NCBI GenBank assembly: GCA_965116875.1
Contig: OZ220733.1
Coordinates: 4,096,001-4,160,000, forward strand
DNA: 64,000 nt
Source of the DNA: Candidatus Latescibacterota bacterium
Lineage (GTDB): Bacteria > Latescibacterota > UBA2968 > GCA-2709665
Reading direction: 5' to 3'
The position numbers and the translations under genes are program-made. Below the pieces are notes generated by a model. The model was not told the origin of the DNA. It made no database searches and saw nothing but the letters and a program-made list of their open reading frames with translations. Shown here piece after piece: positions 27,843-37,725 of this stretch. Position 1 is the stretch's first letter, and each line of letters begins with the position of its first letter.

Positions 27843-29737
27843 GAAGCCTGTTCCTCCCACATTCCGGCGTAAACGCCCCCTTTGGCCACCAGGTCGTCGT
27901 GGCAGCCCTCCTCCACGATACGGCCCTGCCCGAGCACGAGGATGCGATCGGCCATACGCGCGGACCCGAGCCGGTGGCTGATCAGCAGGGCGGTCCGCCC
28001 GTGAAGGAGTTCGGCGAACTGCCGGTACAGCGCAGCCTCCGCCACGGCGTCGAGCGCCGCGGCCGGCTCGTCGAGAATGAGTAGTTCCGGATCCCCGGTG
28101 AAGGCGCGCGCGATGGCGATTCGCTGCCATTCGCCGCCGGAGAGACCCTGCCCGCCGTCGAAGACGTGCCCGACCGGGGTTTCGTAGCCACCGGGAAGCC
28201 GTTCAGCGATCTCGTCAACGCCGGCACGGCGGGCTGCCTCATGGACCGCTGCCATGTCCGGTTGCAGCCAGGAGGGCCACAATTCGCTGCCTGGTCCCTC
28301 GCTCGAACCGTACAGCGTTCCGATGCCAATGGATTGGCCGAGCGTGAATTCGAATCGGGAGAAATCCTGGAAGGCCGCGCTCACGGCGCCGGCCTGACTC
28401 TCGGGGTCTATATCACGGTAGTCGATGCCATCGGCCGTTACTCGTCCCGAGGTGGGGGCGTAGAGACCGAGAAGGACCTTTGCGATGGTGGACTTGCCGG
28501 CGCCATTGTCGCCGACGAGTGCGACGCGTTCGCCAGGGGCCAGGCAAAAAGTGACGCCGTTCAGCACGGACGGCGCCTCGTCGCCGGCAGCGGATGGCGG
28601 GTAGGTGAAGTGGACGTTGTCCATGACCAGACCCTCCCGCAGGGGTCGGGGAAAGGAGGCGGCGTCCGACGTACCTTCCGTTGCTGCGCTTTCCGGTATG
28701 TTGCCATGCTGCTGATCGAAGAACTCCCGAACATTGCCGACCTCGGCAGAACGAGCCTGCAACTCCCTGGAACTGAAGCCGAGACTGCCTCCTGCGCGCA
28801 ACATGTCGCCCACACCCTGAAAGAGCGCAACAAATCGTCCGGGAGTGAGAACCCGGTCCCCCAGCAGGAACGCGAGGAGGACCGCGACGCCAACCCCCGC
28901 GGCCACCTGGAGCGCCGTGACCGGTATGCTCAATATGACCTGGCATTGCCGCTGATCCAGCAGACGCTCCCGCAGAACCTGACGCATTCTTCGCCAGCGC
29001 CCGGTCAATGGCGTGTGCAGGCCGAAGAGCCGCATTTCCTTCTGCTCCGACCGACCCGTAAGGATCCGGTTCACGTACCCGGCGCGGCGCTCCTCCGGGG
29101 TCTCTCCGTAGGTGAACGCCATGAACATCCGGCTCTGTCGGATCTCCAGGCGGACAAGCGGCGCCAGCGCTCCCAGCATGGCCACCGTGATCCATATGGA
29201 GACCGGCGCGAACATCGCTGACACCGAGACGGCGGTGATAGCGGCCTGGGAAAAGTGCAGAGCGTTGAAAAAGAGCCGTCCAGGTTTGCGCCCCGGATCG
29301 CGTGCGCGTTCCAGACGGTCGTACGTCTCGCTTACATCGAAGGATAGCAGGGGCAGCCGCGACGATCGTTCCAGAAGGCGGCGGCCCAGAACGTGGGAAA
29401 GATTCTGCTCCAGGCGCAGGTGGAAGACATCGCGCAGATGCCACATGACATCGTTGGTCGCCAGCAGGATCAGTCCGAATGCAATCAGCCACGGCAGGAT
29501 GTCGTCAAAGTCGGACGGGCCGCCGCCGGCCGCATCGACCACGGTGTCGACGAGATGCCTGGTAACGTAGATGAGCAAGGCAGGCTGGATTCCAAGCAGA
29601 ACGTGAATGACGATCAGCCAGAGCCCGGCCGTCCTGGCGTGCGCCCGAATGTGGCTCCAGGTCCAGCGCAGGTTGGCCAGAATCGCGCCTGCGTTCTCGC
29701 GTCGGTTCCAGTATTCGAGGTCGGATGTCGGCGGCAT
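27830..29737 (-). CDS. ABC exporter, fused TMD-NBD (subunit 1)
   Basis: GDNGAGKS, LSGGEWQR, LDEPA, ISHR; N-terminal TM helices. Confidence 0.88.
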   Translation of the reverse strand: MPPTSDLEYWNRRENAGAILANLRWTWSHIRAHARTAGLWLIVIHVLLGIQPALLIYVTRHLVDTVVDAAGGGPSDFDDILPWLIAFGLILLATNDVMWHLRDVFHLRLEQNLSHVLGRRLLERSSRLPLLSFDVSETYDRLERARDPGRKPGRLFFNALHFSQAAITAVSVSAMFAPVSIWITVAMLGALAPLVRLEIRQSRMFMAFTYGETPEERRAGYVNRILTGRSEQKEMRLFGLHTPLTGRWRRMRQVLRERLLDQRQCQVILSIPVTALQVAAGVGVAVLLAFLLGDRVLTPGRFVALFQGVGDMLRAGGSLGFSSRELQARSAEVGNVREFFDQQHGNIPESAATEGTSDAASFPRPLREGLVMDNVHFTYPPSAAGDEAPSVLNGVTFCLAPGERVALVGDNGAGKSTIAKVLLGLYAPTSGRVTADGIDYRDIDPESQAGAVSAAFQDFSRFEFTLGQSIGIGTLYGSSEGPGSELWPSWLQPDMAAVHEAARRAGVDEIAERLPGGYETPVGHVFDGGQGLSGGEWQRIAIARAFTGDPELLILDEPAAALDAVAEAALYRQFAELLHGRTALLISHRLGSARMADRILVLGQGRIVEEGCHDDLVAKGGVYAGMWEEQASWYR

Positions 29738-29829
29738 CGTCCGTTCTCCGCGGCTGACCGAGAGCAACATTCATCAGGGATTGCCAGGCGATAGGGAAGA
29801 TAAGTCATCCGCCCAACGGAATCAATCGA

Positions 29830-29899
29830 GAATATAGGTATAAATACATATTTATAAATAATTTATATTCTTGACTTCCGGATCGATTTTTGTTATATT
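29830..29899 (+). promoter_or_regulatory. AT-rich palindromic operator region plus near-consensus sigma70 promoter
   Basis: TATAAATA-CA-TATTTATA overlapping TATAAAT-A-ATTTATA; TTGACT(29871)-17 bp-TATATT(29894) with extended TG. Confidence 0.7.
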
Positions 29900-29915
29900 A
29901 TTAACGTGGGAAATC

Positions 29916-29957
29916 AAAGAGGGAGTTGGAGGCATCCGCCTCCAACTCCCTCTTTTT
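29916..29957. terminator. Perfect 18-bp hairpin with T-run (intrinsic terminator)
   Basis: AAAGAGGGAGTTGGAGGC-ATCC-GCCTCCAACTCCCTCTTT TT. Confidence 0.8.
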
Positions 29958-30079
29958 CGTCTTGCGTCACAGTCTCGAAATCTGCCGGTTCCGCCTGACC
30001 GGAAGCCGGACCTGCCCAGGCGCGATTTCTCCCCGACCCGAACTGTCGGGCGAGCCCTGACGACCGAACTACATGCCGC

Positions 30080-30337
30080 TTACGACCGCGCTCCCAGATA
30101 TCTCTCAGCGTAAATGTCCAGTACTCTCCGAATCATCCTCTGGTAGGGTACGCCGTTCTCCCGCGCGCTTGCCTTGAAGAAATCCACACTCCTCTTGTTT
30201 AGACTCAGGGTCACCCGTACGGTTTCCTCCTTCAACACGAGCTGGTCGGGTGACGGCAGAAAGTCTGGAATCACTTCAGCCTGTTCAATTGCTTCCGCAA
30301 GTTCTGCCGGTGCATTTTCATAATTCCTCTTGCTCAT
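30080..30337 (-). CDS. CopG/BrnA-like RHH antitoxin
   Basis: DFLPSPDQLV.KEETVRVTLSLNKRSVDFFK..A...GVPYQRMIRRVLD.YA. Confidence 0.8.
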   Translation of the reverse strand: MSKRNYENAPAELAEAIEQAEVIPDFLPSPDQLVLKEETVRVTLSLNKRSVDFFKASARENGVPYQRMIRRVLDIYAERYLGARS

Positions 30338-30390
30338 AACGCTTCCTTCCCTCGCGCCAGTAACCGGCGCCGAATATGCGGACGCGTAAT
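30319..30390 (-). pseudogene. C-terminal remnant of BrnT-like toxin
   Basis: RVRIFGAGYWREGRKRYEQEEL-stop overlapping the antitoxin start; no 5' part. Confidence 0.65.
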
Positions 30391-30393
30391 ACG

Positions 30394-31704
30394 CTATCGG
30401 TGATGGAATCCGTGGTTCAGATCCAGCCGGACGCCTACAACCAGTGCGTTCTCGAGTTCCGGATCAGCGCCTGGATTAAAGATGTATTGCAGGTCCGGCT
30501 GGATCTGCAATATGTCGCTGATCCGAAGAACATACGTGAATTCGAATGCGGTCTCATGGCTTTCCGCTTTGGCGGCAGCGCGAAAATCCGCGCTGCAACG
30601 CGCCCTGGCCATGGAAATCCCGATCTGGTCGTCCGGCCTGCGGGGGACGAGGCCGGACATCAACACCCCCGCTCCGATGTACCTGTCGAAGGGATTGAGC
30701 GCGCCGTTGGCGGTTCCGTAGCGAAGGAATCCCGAAACCGTTCGCCGGTTGGCGACGTCCGCGTACGGCGTGCCATCGGCAAATCCATACCACCCATTGT
30801 TTCCGCCTCGCCGCACGGGATTTCCTCCCGTGTCGGTTTCGCGGATCGCCTCGAATTCCGCGCTATAGGAGAACGCGCCGAGACCCAGACGGAGGGCATC
30901 GGAAACGTCACGGTTGTACTCGAGGGAATGCAGAACGCCCTCGCGGCTGCTCAACTTGATTGCGGTGGCCGAGGGGTTTTCCGGATCGCCCGGCACCGCG
31001 TCGAGGATCGCGTAACGCATCAGATTGTTTCCTGAATTCCATTCGAGTCGACCCGCGAACGACGTCGCCGGAAAAATCGACGGCCCCCGTTCCCCGGTCT
31101 GGGAATACGTGGGCACGATTCCGTGTGACCCGTTCAGGAACAACGCCGCCGAATCCACCGCATCGAACTCGCTGTTCAGATCGTAGAGCCCGATCTTCAG
31201 GCTCAACCCTTCCGTAACGGGATGTAGGTACCAGAATTCGTAGAGCCGAAACGCCTGCTCCGCGTCGATGTTGGAAACGACCTGGGTATCGCCCGAATAC
31301 CGGTCCGAAAACGTCGATGCGTTGTTCCATAGCAGATACGCGAACAACGAGCCGGCCCCGCTTCCGAATGCCCGTTCAAGGTCAAACGTGAGGACCGCAT
31401 CGACGTTCTGCAGATATGCAGTGCCGTTCCGGATGCCGCCGGAGGCGTTTCGAAGCAAGTCTGCGACGTACCCCACTTCGGCGGAGACCGCTTTGCCGCC
31501 TTCACCCGTTTGAGCGCGCACGGGGACCGGGGCAGGGCCGACCAGCAGTATGCAGATAACCAGCAGGAGCAATCTGGCTTTCGATTCTGCATGGATCGAT
31601 TCGGGACGACAACCGAAGGCGGCAATGAATCGTTGCGGAACTCTATGCTTCGAGGTGCGCGTGTTCCGGCGCTGCTGATGCCATGTGGATGTATCCGGCG
31701 CCAT
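30394..31704 (-). CDS. OprB-family carbohydrate-selective porin (start uncertain)
   Basis: Signal-like segment ending VRA-Q; SNIDA, RLYEFWY, GLYDLNSEFD, LFLNGSHG, QPDLQYIFNPG. Confidence 0.85.
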   Translation of the reverse strand: MAPDTSTWHQQRRNTRTSKHRVPQRFIAAFGCRPESIHAESKARLLLLVICILLVGPAPVPVRAQTGEGGKAVSAEVGYVADLLRNASGGIRNGTAYLQNVDAVLTFDLERAFGSGAGSLFAYLLWNNASTFSDRYSGDTQVVSNIDAEQAFRLYEFWYLHPVTEGLSLKIGLYDLNSEFDAVDSAALFLNGSHGIVPTYSQTGERGPSIFPATSFAGRLEWNSGNNLMRYAILDAVPGDPENPSATAIKLSSREGVLHSLEYNRDVSDALRLGLGAFSYSAEFEAIRETDTGGNPVRRGGNNGWYGFADGTPYADVANRRTVSGFLRYGTANGALNPFDRYIGAGVLMSGLVPRRPDDQIGISMARARCSADFRAAAKAESHETAFEFTYVLRISDILQIQPDLQYIFNPGADPELENALVVGVRLDLNHGFHHR

Positions 31705-31813
31705 GATCTCAGTCGTTGTCCTTTTATGGACCGGCTCAGCAGAACTCCCCGTCGGAAGCCGCATATATCCTTCCACAACCACGTGTCCGAAGGCCCGTTT
31801 TTTTTTATTCGCC

Positions 31814-32728
31814 TCAGAACGTGAGTTCGAAGGTGCGCGCGCTGTAACCCGCGAATATGCCGTACCCGTTCTCAATATTGCTGTGAATTCTCACCGGTTC
31901 TGCAAATGGGTTGTCGTCGGTCGTCTTGTGGAGCAGAGCGCTTCGGAGGTGCCTGTAATAGGTCTCGCTCACAAAACGGACTTCGACCCAGATTCGACGC
32001 TCGAGGCTCGCTTCTACCGTGTAGTCGGTGGAAGATAACTCAATTTCGTGGGATTCACCGTCGAAGAGAACGTCCTTGAAGAACGGTTCGGAACCCTCAA
32101 ACGGCTCGACGCCTTCGACAACCGGATCTTCAATCCGGTTGTCGGCGATGATGGACGGGTCCTTCGTCGAAAAACGTAGATCGAATCGACCGGATCGATC
32201 CGGAGCAATGACACGAATCTGATAGTGATTCCGATTGTCCGGCGGATCCTGAATCCGGAGGGTGATTCGGAAGTCCGTGATTGCCGACACACCGGGTTCT
32301 CCCGGAGCGGGATCGGAGGTCTCCACCCGATACGATTCAATGGACGTCGGTACAGGTGGGGGTGCGCTGTCCGTCGCATGAATGGTCTCGAAGCCGGCCG
32401 CTGACACCCGCAATGAGTAAGACCGGCCCGCTTGCAGGGTCCTTTCGCTTGCATATACCCGTTCTCGCTGGAGAAAGGGCAGCCGGTCGATGATCCGGCC
32501 ATCTGAAAGCAGTTCCACACTTGCGGCGGTTACCAGTCGCTCGGTTCCGGGCGAGGGTTCCAGAATACCTGCGGACCGACTGACGGACGCCGCCCATTCA
32601 CGGTCCGGGGTGAAGAATGCCTTTATCACCAGTCGCGGCGTGTGCTCGGGCAATTCCGGTTCAATGATCAACTCGCACCCCGTGAAGGCGATCACGAGTG
32701 TCGCGATTTTGATGTACATTTTTTTCAT
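31814..32728 (-). CDS. DUF4249-like lipoprotein partner of the TonB-dependent receptor
   Basis: MKKMYIKIATLVIAFTG-C lipobox; C-terminal NPFAEP..HSNIENGYGIFAG. Confidence 0.8.
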   Translation of the reverse strand: MKKMYIKIATLVIAFTGCELIIEPELPEHTPRLVIKAFFTPDREWAASVSRSAGILEPSPGTERLVTAASVELLSDGRIIDRLPFLQRERVYASERTLQAGRSYSLRVSAAGFETIHATDSAPPPVPTSIESYRVETSDPAPGEPGVSAITDFRITLRIQDPPDNRNHYQIRVIAPDRSGRFDLRFSTKDPSIIADNRIEDPVVEGVEPFEGSEPFFKDVLFDGESHEIELSSTDYTVEASLERRIWVEVRFVSETYYRHLRSALLHKTTDDNPFAEPVRIHSNIENGYGIFAGYSARTFELTF

Positions 32729-32744
32729 TGAGACGGGTTCCCGA

Positions 32745-35240
32745 TTACAACTTGAACCTGTAGCTGATCCACGGAAGGACCGGAAACAGGGTGACCTGCT
32801 TCGCCCGGTACTCCCTGGAATCCGTCCCTGAGTCATAGTAATCGTCGAAATAAATGAAAAACGGGTTCTTTCGGTTGTATGCATTGTAGGCGCCCACGCG
32901 GAATCCGTGTCTGCGCCAGTCAAAGTTGAACCCGATATCGATGCGATGATATGCAGACATCCGGAAGCCGTTGCGGTCCTCGTAGATCCTCGCTTCATAC
33001 GGCAGCACGCTGGGGGTCCAAAGCTCGTGTCCGCCGATCGATCCTCTGACGTATTCATCATAGTAACGTGCGACCGGAATGGTAACCGCGTTTCCGGTTC
33101 CATAGACCCAGTTTAACGAGGCGTTCGTGATGCGTGTCAGTCGATGGTTCAGGACCAGCGCGACGTCGTGCCGGCGGTCGTACCGAAATGGAAAGGTGCG
33201 CCCCTCATTCAATTGGGCAAAACGCCGTCTCGTCCAGGAAAGGGTGTATCCGATCCAGCCTGTGGTGCGGCCGCGTTTCCTTTGTACAAACGCTTCGACG
33301 CCGTAGGACCATCCACGCCCGGTTTCCACCTTGTCCTGCCAGTCCTGGTGTTCCCCGAACCCCGCCAGAAAGGTCGCGCCTTCCCTGTATTCGATGAGGT
33401 CGGTCATCGTCTTGTGATAGGCCTCCAGGCTGAGTTCGTACCGTCCCTGGTTCAAGGTGCCCGCCAGGCCCACGCCGAACTGGCGCGACCCCTCGGGACG
33501 CGCGCGTTCGGTGGCCGGGAGCCACAGGTCGGTCGGGAGCCCGATGGTGCTGTTGGAGAGTAGATGAATATACTGGCGCATCCGGGCGTAGGACGCTTTA
33601 AAGGCCCACCGCGGATTCAACAGGAGACGCGTCGAAACTCTGGGTTGGAGGGATGCGAAGCGTGAGTTGCCCACAGAGAAGCCGGAGGCGTGCAGCCCCA
33701 CGTTGGCGCTCATCCGCTTTGACAGGCGGACGTCGTCCTCGAGGTACAGTCCGAACTCCAGAGCGTCTGTCGCCCGGACGGCGCCAAGTGTCGTAGCTTC
33801 CGGAGCGCCGCTTGCGGGGCTGAATTCGTATTGCGCCGCTCCGGGGCTGTACGTGTGGTAGGTGCCGTTGCCGCCGAAGCGGATATAGTGGGCCGGATTG
33901 GGAACGTAGTCGAGATCCAGCTTCAGGCCGAAGTCGCGAATGCCCGAGTGATAGCGAAGGCTGAGCGTCTCATTCTCGTGGACGTCCTCGTCGCGGGTTG
34001 TGGAACGATCGTCGATGTTCGAGGTAAGTTTATAGCGGCTGAAGATCCCGGTGAGATTGCCGAAGAGCCGGTTGTTGAAGAGGATGTTCCAGCGCACCGT
34101 CGAGGTGAAATTGCCCCAGCCGAAATCCGCCGCCGTCGTCTGCTCGCTTCGATAGGTTCCAGACGTGTACTCGTCCTGTATGTCACTCCAGAAACGGTCG
34201 TCACCACCGTACAGGCTCAGGAAAACACGGTTTCGGGGCGACAGGATGTGGTTGACTTTGGCATTGACGTCATAAAAAAAATAACCTCCCCGCTCGCCGG
34301 GATCCAGAAAGGGACGGATCAGCAGATCGATATACGTCCGTCGCGCCGAAACGATGAACGACGTCCGGTCCTTGCGTATCGGACCTTGCAGGGTCACCTG
34401 AGAAGCAACCAGGCCGATGGAACCCTCCACTTCGAACGCCTGCATGTTGCCGTCCTTCATGGCAACCTCCAGGACCGAAGAAAGGCGGCCGCCGAATCGT
34501 GCCGGAAACCCGGCTTTTGTAAGCTGCACGTTCTTGATTGCGCTGGAGTTGAAGACCGAGAAAAAACCGAAGAGGTGGGAAGCGTTGTACACCGGGGCGT
34601 CGTCGAGCAAGATCAGGTTCTGATCCGGACCGCCGCCGCGAACGTAAAGGCCGCTCGTCCCTTCGGCGCCGGACTGGACTCCCGGAAGAAGCTGCATGGT
34701 CTTCATCAGATCGACTTCGCCCAGAAGGGCCGGGGCGTTTTCAATCTGGCTGACAGGCACGTCGACAACACCCATCCGTGTCTGTTCCTGGATCGGATCC
34801 GCCTGCTCGGCCTTTACTTCTATGCCTTGCATTTCCAGCGGTAGGGGCTTGAGGGCGAACTCCACGCGAATGTCTCGTTCCGGGCGGATTGACAGGGTGT
34901 CGCTGTGAAACCCGATGTAGGAAACGACAATCAGAAGCGAGTCCGCAGGCAGGGTCAGACTGAAGAAGCCATAGCGATTCGTCGTGGCGCCTACCCGCAA
35001 GGTGGGTTCGTACAATGAGGCGCCGATCAGCTTCTCGCCGTTCGAGGCATCCGATACGTACCCGCTGATGGTGTGTTCCGCCCGTTGCTGCGCAATGGCG
35101 TCCGTGCCTGTACCAGGTAAGAGAACCGGTAAAATGACATGAAATGACAGCGAAAACGCCGTCGCCGCCGAAAGAGCGCCACGTTTCGCGGAAGAGAATC
35201 GCATAATCCGGTGGGTTATCTGAACATTCGCGCGGATCAT
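32745..35240 (-). CDS. TonB-dependent receptor with N-terminal carboxypeptidase-regulatory-like domain
   Basis: ISGYVSD..GEKLIGA, LLPGVQSG.EG..GLYVRGGGPDQNLILLD, GGRLSSV, YNAYNRKN, terminal YRFKL. Confidence 0.9.
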   Translation of the reverse strand: MIRANVQITHRIMRFSSAKRGALSAATAFSLSFHVILPVLLPGTGTDAIAQQRAEHTISGYVSDASNGEKLIGASLYEPTLRVGATTNRYGFFSLTLPADSLLIVVSYIGFHSDTLSIRPERDIRVEFALKPLPLEMQGIEVKAEQADPIQEQTRMGVVDVPVSQIENAPALLGEVDLMKTMQLLPGVQSGAEGTSGLYVRGGGPDQNLILLDDAPVYNASHLFGFFSVFNSSAIKNVQLTKAGFPARFGGRLSSVLEVAMKDGNMQAFEVEGSIGLVASQVTLQGPIRKDRTSFIVSARRTYIDLLIRPFLDPGERGGYFFYDVNAKVNHILSPRNRVFLSLYGGDDRFWSDIQDEYTSGTYRSEQTTAADFGWGNFTSTVRWNILFNNRLFGNLTGIFSRYKLTSNIDDRSTTRDEDVHENETLSLRYHSGIRDFGLKLDLDYVPNPAHYIRFGGNGTYHTYSPGAAQYEFSPASGAPEATTLGAVRATDALEFGLYLEDDVRLSKRMSANVGLHASGFSVGNSRFASLQPRVSTRLLLNPRWAFKASYARMRQYIHLLSNSTIGLPTDLWLPATERARPEGSRQFGVGLAGTLNQGRYELSLEAYHKTMTDLIEYREGATFLAGFGEHQDWQDKVETGRGWSYGVEAFVQRKRGRTTGWIGYTLSWTRRRFAQLNEGRTFPFRYDRRHDVALVLNHRLTRITNASLNWVYGTGNAVTIPVARYYDEYVRGSIGGHELWTPSVLPYEARIYEDRNGFRMSAYHRIDIGFNFDWRRHGFRVGAYNAYNRKNPFFIYFDDYYDSGTDSREYRAKQVTLFPVLPWISYRFKL

Positions 35241-35334
35241 TGCAGTCAAAGAGGAATAAGCTGTCAGCCGCTATAGCGGTACCGTGTACCGGTAACAGTA
35301 TGTCGGCGTCCGTGTCGTTTTCGTTCAGCGTCTG

Positions 35335-35499
35335 TCAGGAGTCAAGAATCAGCCGAAAGCCGCGATCTTCAGTTGTTCGATACGTGGAAAAGCCGCGGCG
35401 GTCGAGGGTGAGGATATCGAAACATCTGATGTGTTCGGCCAGGAGTACGAGGGTAGCGTCCGCATAGTCCATGGGTGTGTCCGCGTATTTTTCCAAAAG
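35335..35499 (-). pseudogene. C-terminal half of a VapC/PIN toxin
   Basis: LLEKYADTPMDYADATLVLLAEH....ILTLDRRGFSTYR...-stop, beginning directly after the dipeptidase stop codon. Confidence 0.75.
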
Positions 35500-36507
35500 T
35501 CACAGGTTCCACACCTGCTCGAACAGGCGCATCCAGTTGCCGCCAAGCAGTTTTGTGATCTCCGCAGCGTTGTATCCACGGTTGGCGAGCGCATTCGTGA
35601 CGTTGGGGAACTCGGGCAGCGTGGCCATACCCCTGGGCTGAAAGCTCACTTCGGTATACGGGACCGAACCGTCAGCGAACGTGGACGGGAATTTGGTTCC
35701 CTGCTGCGATGCGATGAAGTGCCAGAATTCGAGGGGTTGTTCGTGGGTGGAATCGGTGCCGATGGCGACGTGGTCGATGCCAATCCGTTCCACCATATTG
35801 TCGATCGCGTCGACAAAATCCTCTACGGTAGAATCGTATCCCTTTGGCAGGAAGGGCGTGTAGGACGTCGCGCCTACAACGCCTCCTTTTTCGGCCAGAA
35901 GTCTCAGCGCTTCCTCTTCCTTGTTTCGCGGATGGTCGCAGAAGCTGCGGGCATTGGCGTGGGTGATGGCGACCGGCTTCTCGGACATCTCGATGGCGTC
36001 CAGGGTCGTCCGGGGACCCACGTGCGACAGATCGATGAGGATGCCCAGCCGGTTCATCTCCCTCACCGCATCCACACCGAAATTGCTGAGACCCGCGTCA
36101 TTCCGCTCCCAGCAGCCGCTGCCGAGAAGGTTGGTCTCGTGGTACGTCAATTGAATCACCCTCACCCCGAGCGCGAGGAACAGGCCCAGACGATCCAGTT
36201 CGTTCTCGATCGGCGAGGCGTTCTGAAATCCCAGGATAATCCCGGTTTTTCCCTGCTGCTTGGCCGCGTGTATATCGACTGTCGACTTCACCTGCAGGAT
36301 GTCGTCGCGCTCACGGAATCGCCGCATCCACGCCGTGAGATGAGCCATGGTTTGGATGAAGTTCTCCCACGTGGAGACGGTGGCGTTGATTGCCGTCAAG
36401 TTGCCGGCGCGCAACTGCCGGAATACGGCATCGCTGTCCCAGTTGCAGATGCTCAATCCGTCGATCACCAGCGCATCGTCGTAGATCTGCCTCGGGTTCA
36501 TTGCCAT
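35500..36507 (-). CDS. Membrane dipeptidase (peptidase M19) family protein
   Basis: LGFQN, QLTY, MNRLGILIDLSH, THAN, HPRNK, GIDHVAIGTD, LGGNWMR. Confidence 0.88.
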   Translation of the reverse strand: MAMNPRQIYDDALVIDGLSICNWDSDAVFRQLRAGNLTAINATVSTWENFIQTMAHLTAWMRRFRERDDILQVKSTVDIHAAKQQGKTGIILGFQNASPIENELDRLGLFLALGVRVIQLTYHETNLLGSGCWERNDAGLSNFGVDAVREMNRLGILIDLSHVGPRTTLDAIEMSEKPVAITHANARSFCDHPRNKEEEALRLLAEKGGVVGATSYTPFLPKGYDSTVEDFVDAIDNMVERIGIDHVAIGTDSTHEQPLEFWHFIASQQGTKFPSTFADGSVPYTEVSFQPRGMATLPEFPNVTNALANRGYNAAEITKLLGGNWMRLFEQVWNL

Positions 36508-36520
36508 TGGCAGGGTCCTC

Positions 36521-37651
36521 CTACTCAAAGCGGTTACCTGTTCTGAACGGATCGCCCAGCGGATTTTCCCGTTCTTCCAGCGCGTCGGCGATTACGGGTC
36601 CGATGGCGCCGCCGAATTTAAACCCGTGGCCGCACCCGCATCCCGCGACCAGCACGCGTTCGAAACCCCGTGCCCAATCGATAACGAACTCCTCGTCCGT
36701 CATATCGGCCATGTTGGTGTACAGGCAGGCCCGACCGCCAACCAGCGGCGCTGCAGCCAGTCCGGGTATGCGCCGGGCCACGAATTCCCGGGCCCACGCC
36801 AGAAACTCTGAGGTTGGTTCACGCGGGACGTCGACCGTGGTATCCTCCCACTTGCTGTCTTCCGCCACCTTCACGAACCCCTCGTGCAGATGGGGGAACC
36901 CGTACCACAGGTTGCCGGGTGAAAAGATCATCCAGACCGGAAAACGTTCGCGCTCGAACGGCATCGGGTCCTCCGGCGCAAAGAAGGCCATCTGCTGCCG
37001 CGTAATGCGCACGACTCTCTCCATGGCCGGCAGAAGCTCGGCCACCCATGGCCCGGCCGCCACCACCACACGGTCGCAGGTCCGCCAGCCGGTTTCCGTG
37101 CGGATCCGGGCGCCGGAAGGCGTGTCTTCAACCGCGGTGACGAGGGTGTTTTCGCGGATAGTCACACCCGCGTCATCCGCCAGCTTCGCCAGGTCCTCCA
37201 GCGCCTGGCCGCTGCGCAGATAACCCGCCCAGGGGTCGAAGAAGAGACTGTCCTCGTCGCTTACGGTGAACTGCGGATACCGTTCACGGACCTGGCCGGC
37301 CGTGAGTTCGTAGACGTCCTTTCCCATCCTGTTCAGGGTTTCCCATCCCGTGTGGGTTTCGTGATCGGCTTCCAGGTCGCGCGACACGATCAGTGCGCCG
37401 TACTGGAAGTATATCGATCGGCTCGTGCGGTTGTGCCACTCCCGCCATTGGGCCTCGGCCCGGGTGACGAGTTCCACGTAAACCGGGTTCGGGTAGTTCG
37501 TACGCCGGATCACCTTGGACACGTCCGTACTGGATGCCTTCGGATTGGGGATCTTTCCGCGCTCGAAAAGCGATACCTCGTGTCCCCGGTTGCGTAGTTC
37601 CAGCGCCGCGGCCATGCCGAAGATTCCGGCGCCGACGATGCAGGTATTCAT
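36521..37651 (-). CDS. FAD-dependent oxidoreductase (monomeric sarcosine/fructosyl-amine oxidase family)
   Basis: GAGIFG, SSTDVSKVIR, CLYT, GHGFKFG. Confidence 0.88.
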   Translation of the reverse strand: MNTCIVGAGIFGMAAALELRNRGHEVSLFERGKIPNPKASSTDVSKVIRRTNYPNPVYVELVTRAEAQWREWHNRTSRSIYFQYGALIVSRDLEADHETHTGWETLNRMGKDVYELTAGQVRERYPQFTVSDEDSLFFDPWAGYLRSGQALEDLAKLADDAGVTIRENTLVTAVEDTPSGARIRTETGWRTCDRVVVAAGPWVAELLPAMERVVRITRQQMAFFAPEDPMPFERERFPVWMIFSPGNLWYGFPHLHEGFVKVAEDSKWEDTTVDVPREPTSEFLAWAREFVARRIPGLAAAPLVGGRACLYTNMADMTDEEFVIDWARGFERVLVAGCGCGHGFKFGGAIGPVIADALEERENPLGDPFRTGNRFE

Positions 37652-37725
37652 GGAAGTGCTCCGTTGTGGGGGTTATATCCTCGTGCGCCAGCAAGAGCAG
37701 GCTGCGATGCCGTACGGCTGATCCA

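Noticed and set aside
27843-28130. N-terminal extensions given by the ORF track (also 31705-31875, 32729-33103, 62295-62801)
   Set aside because: They overlap neighbouring genes; downstream starts with RBS or signal peptides are more plausible
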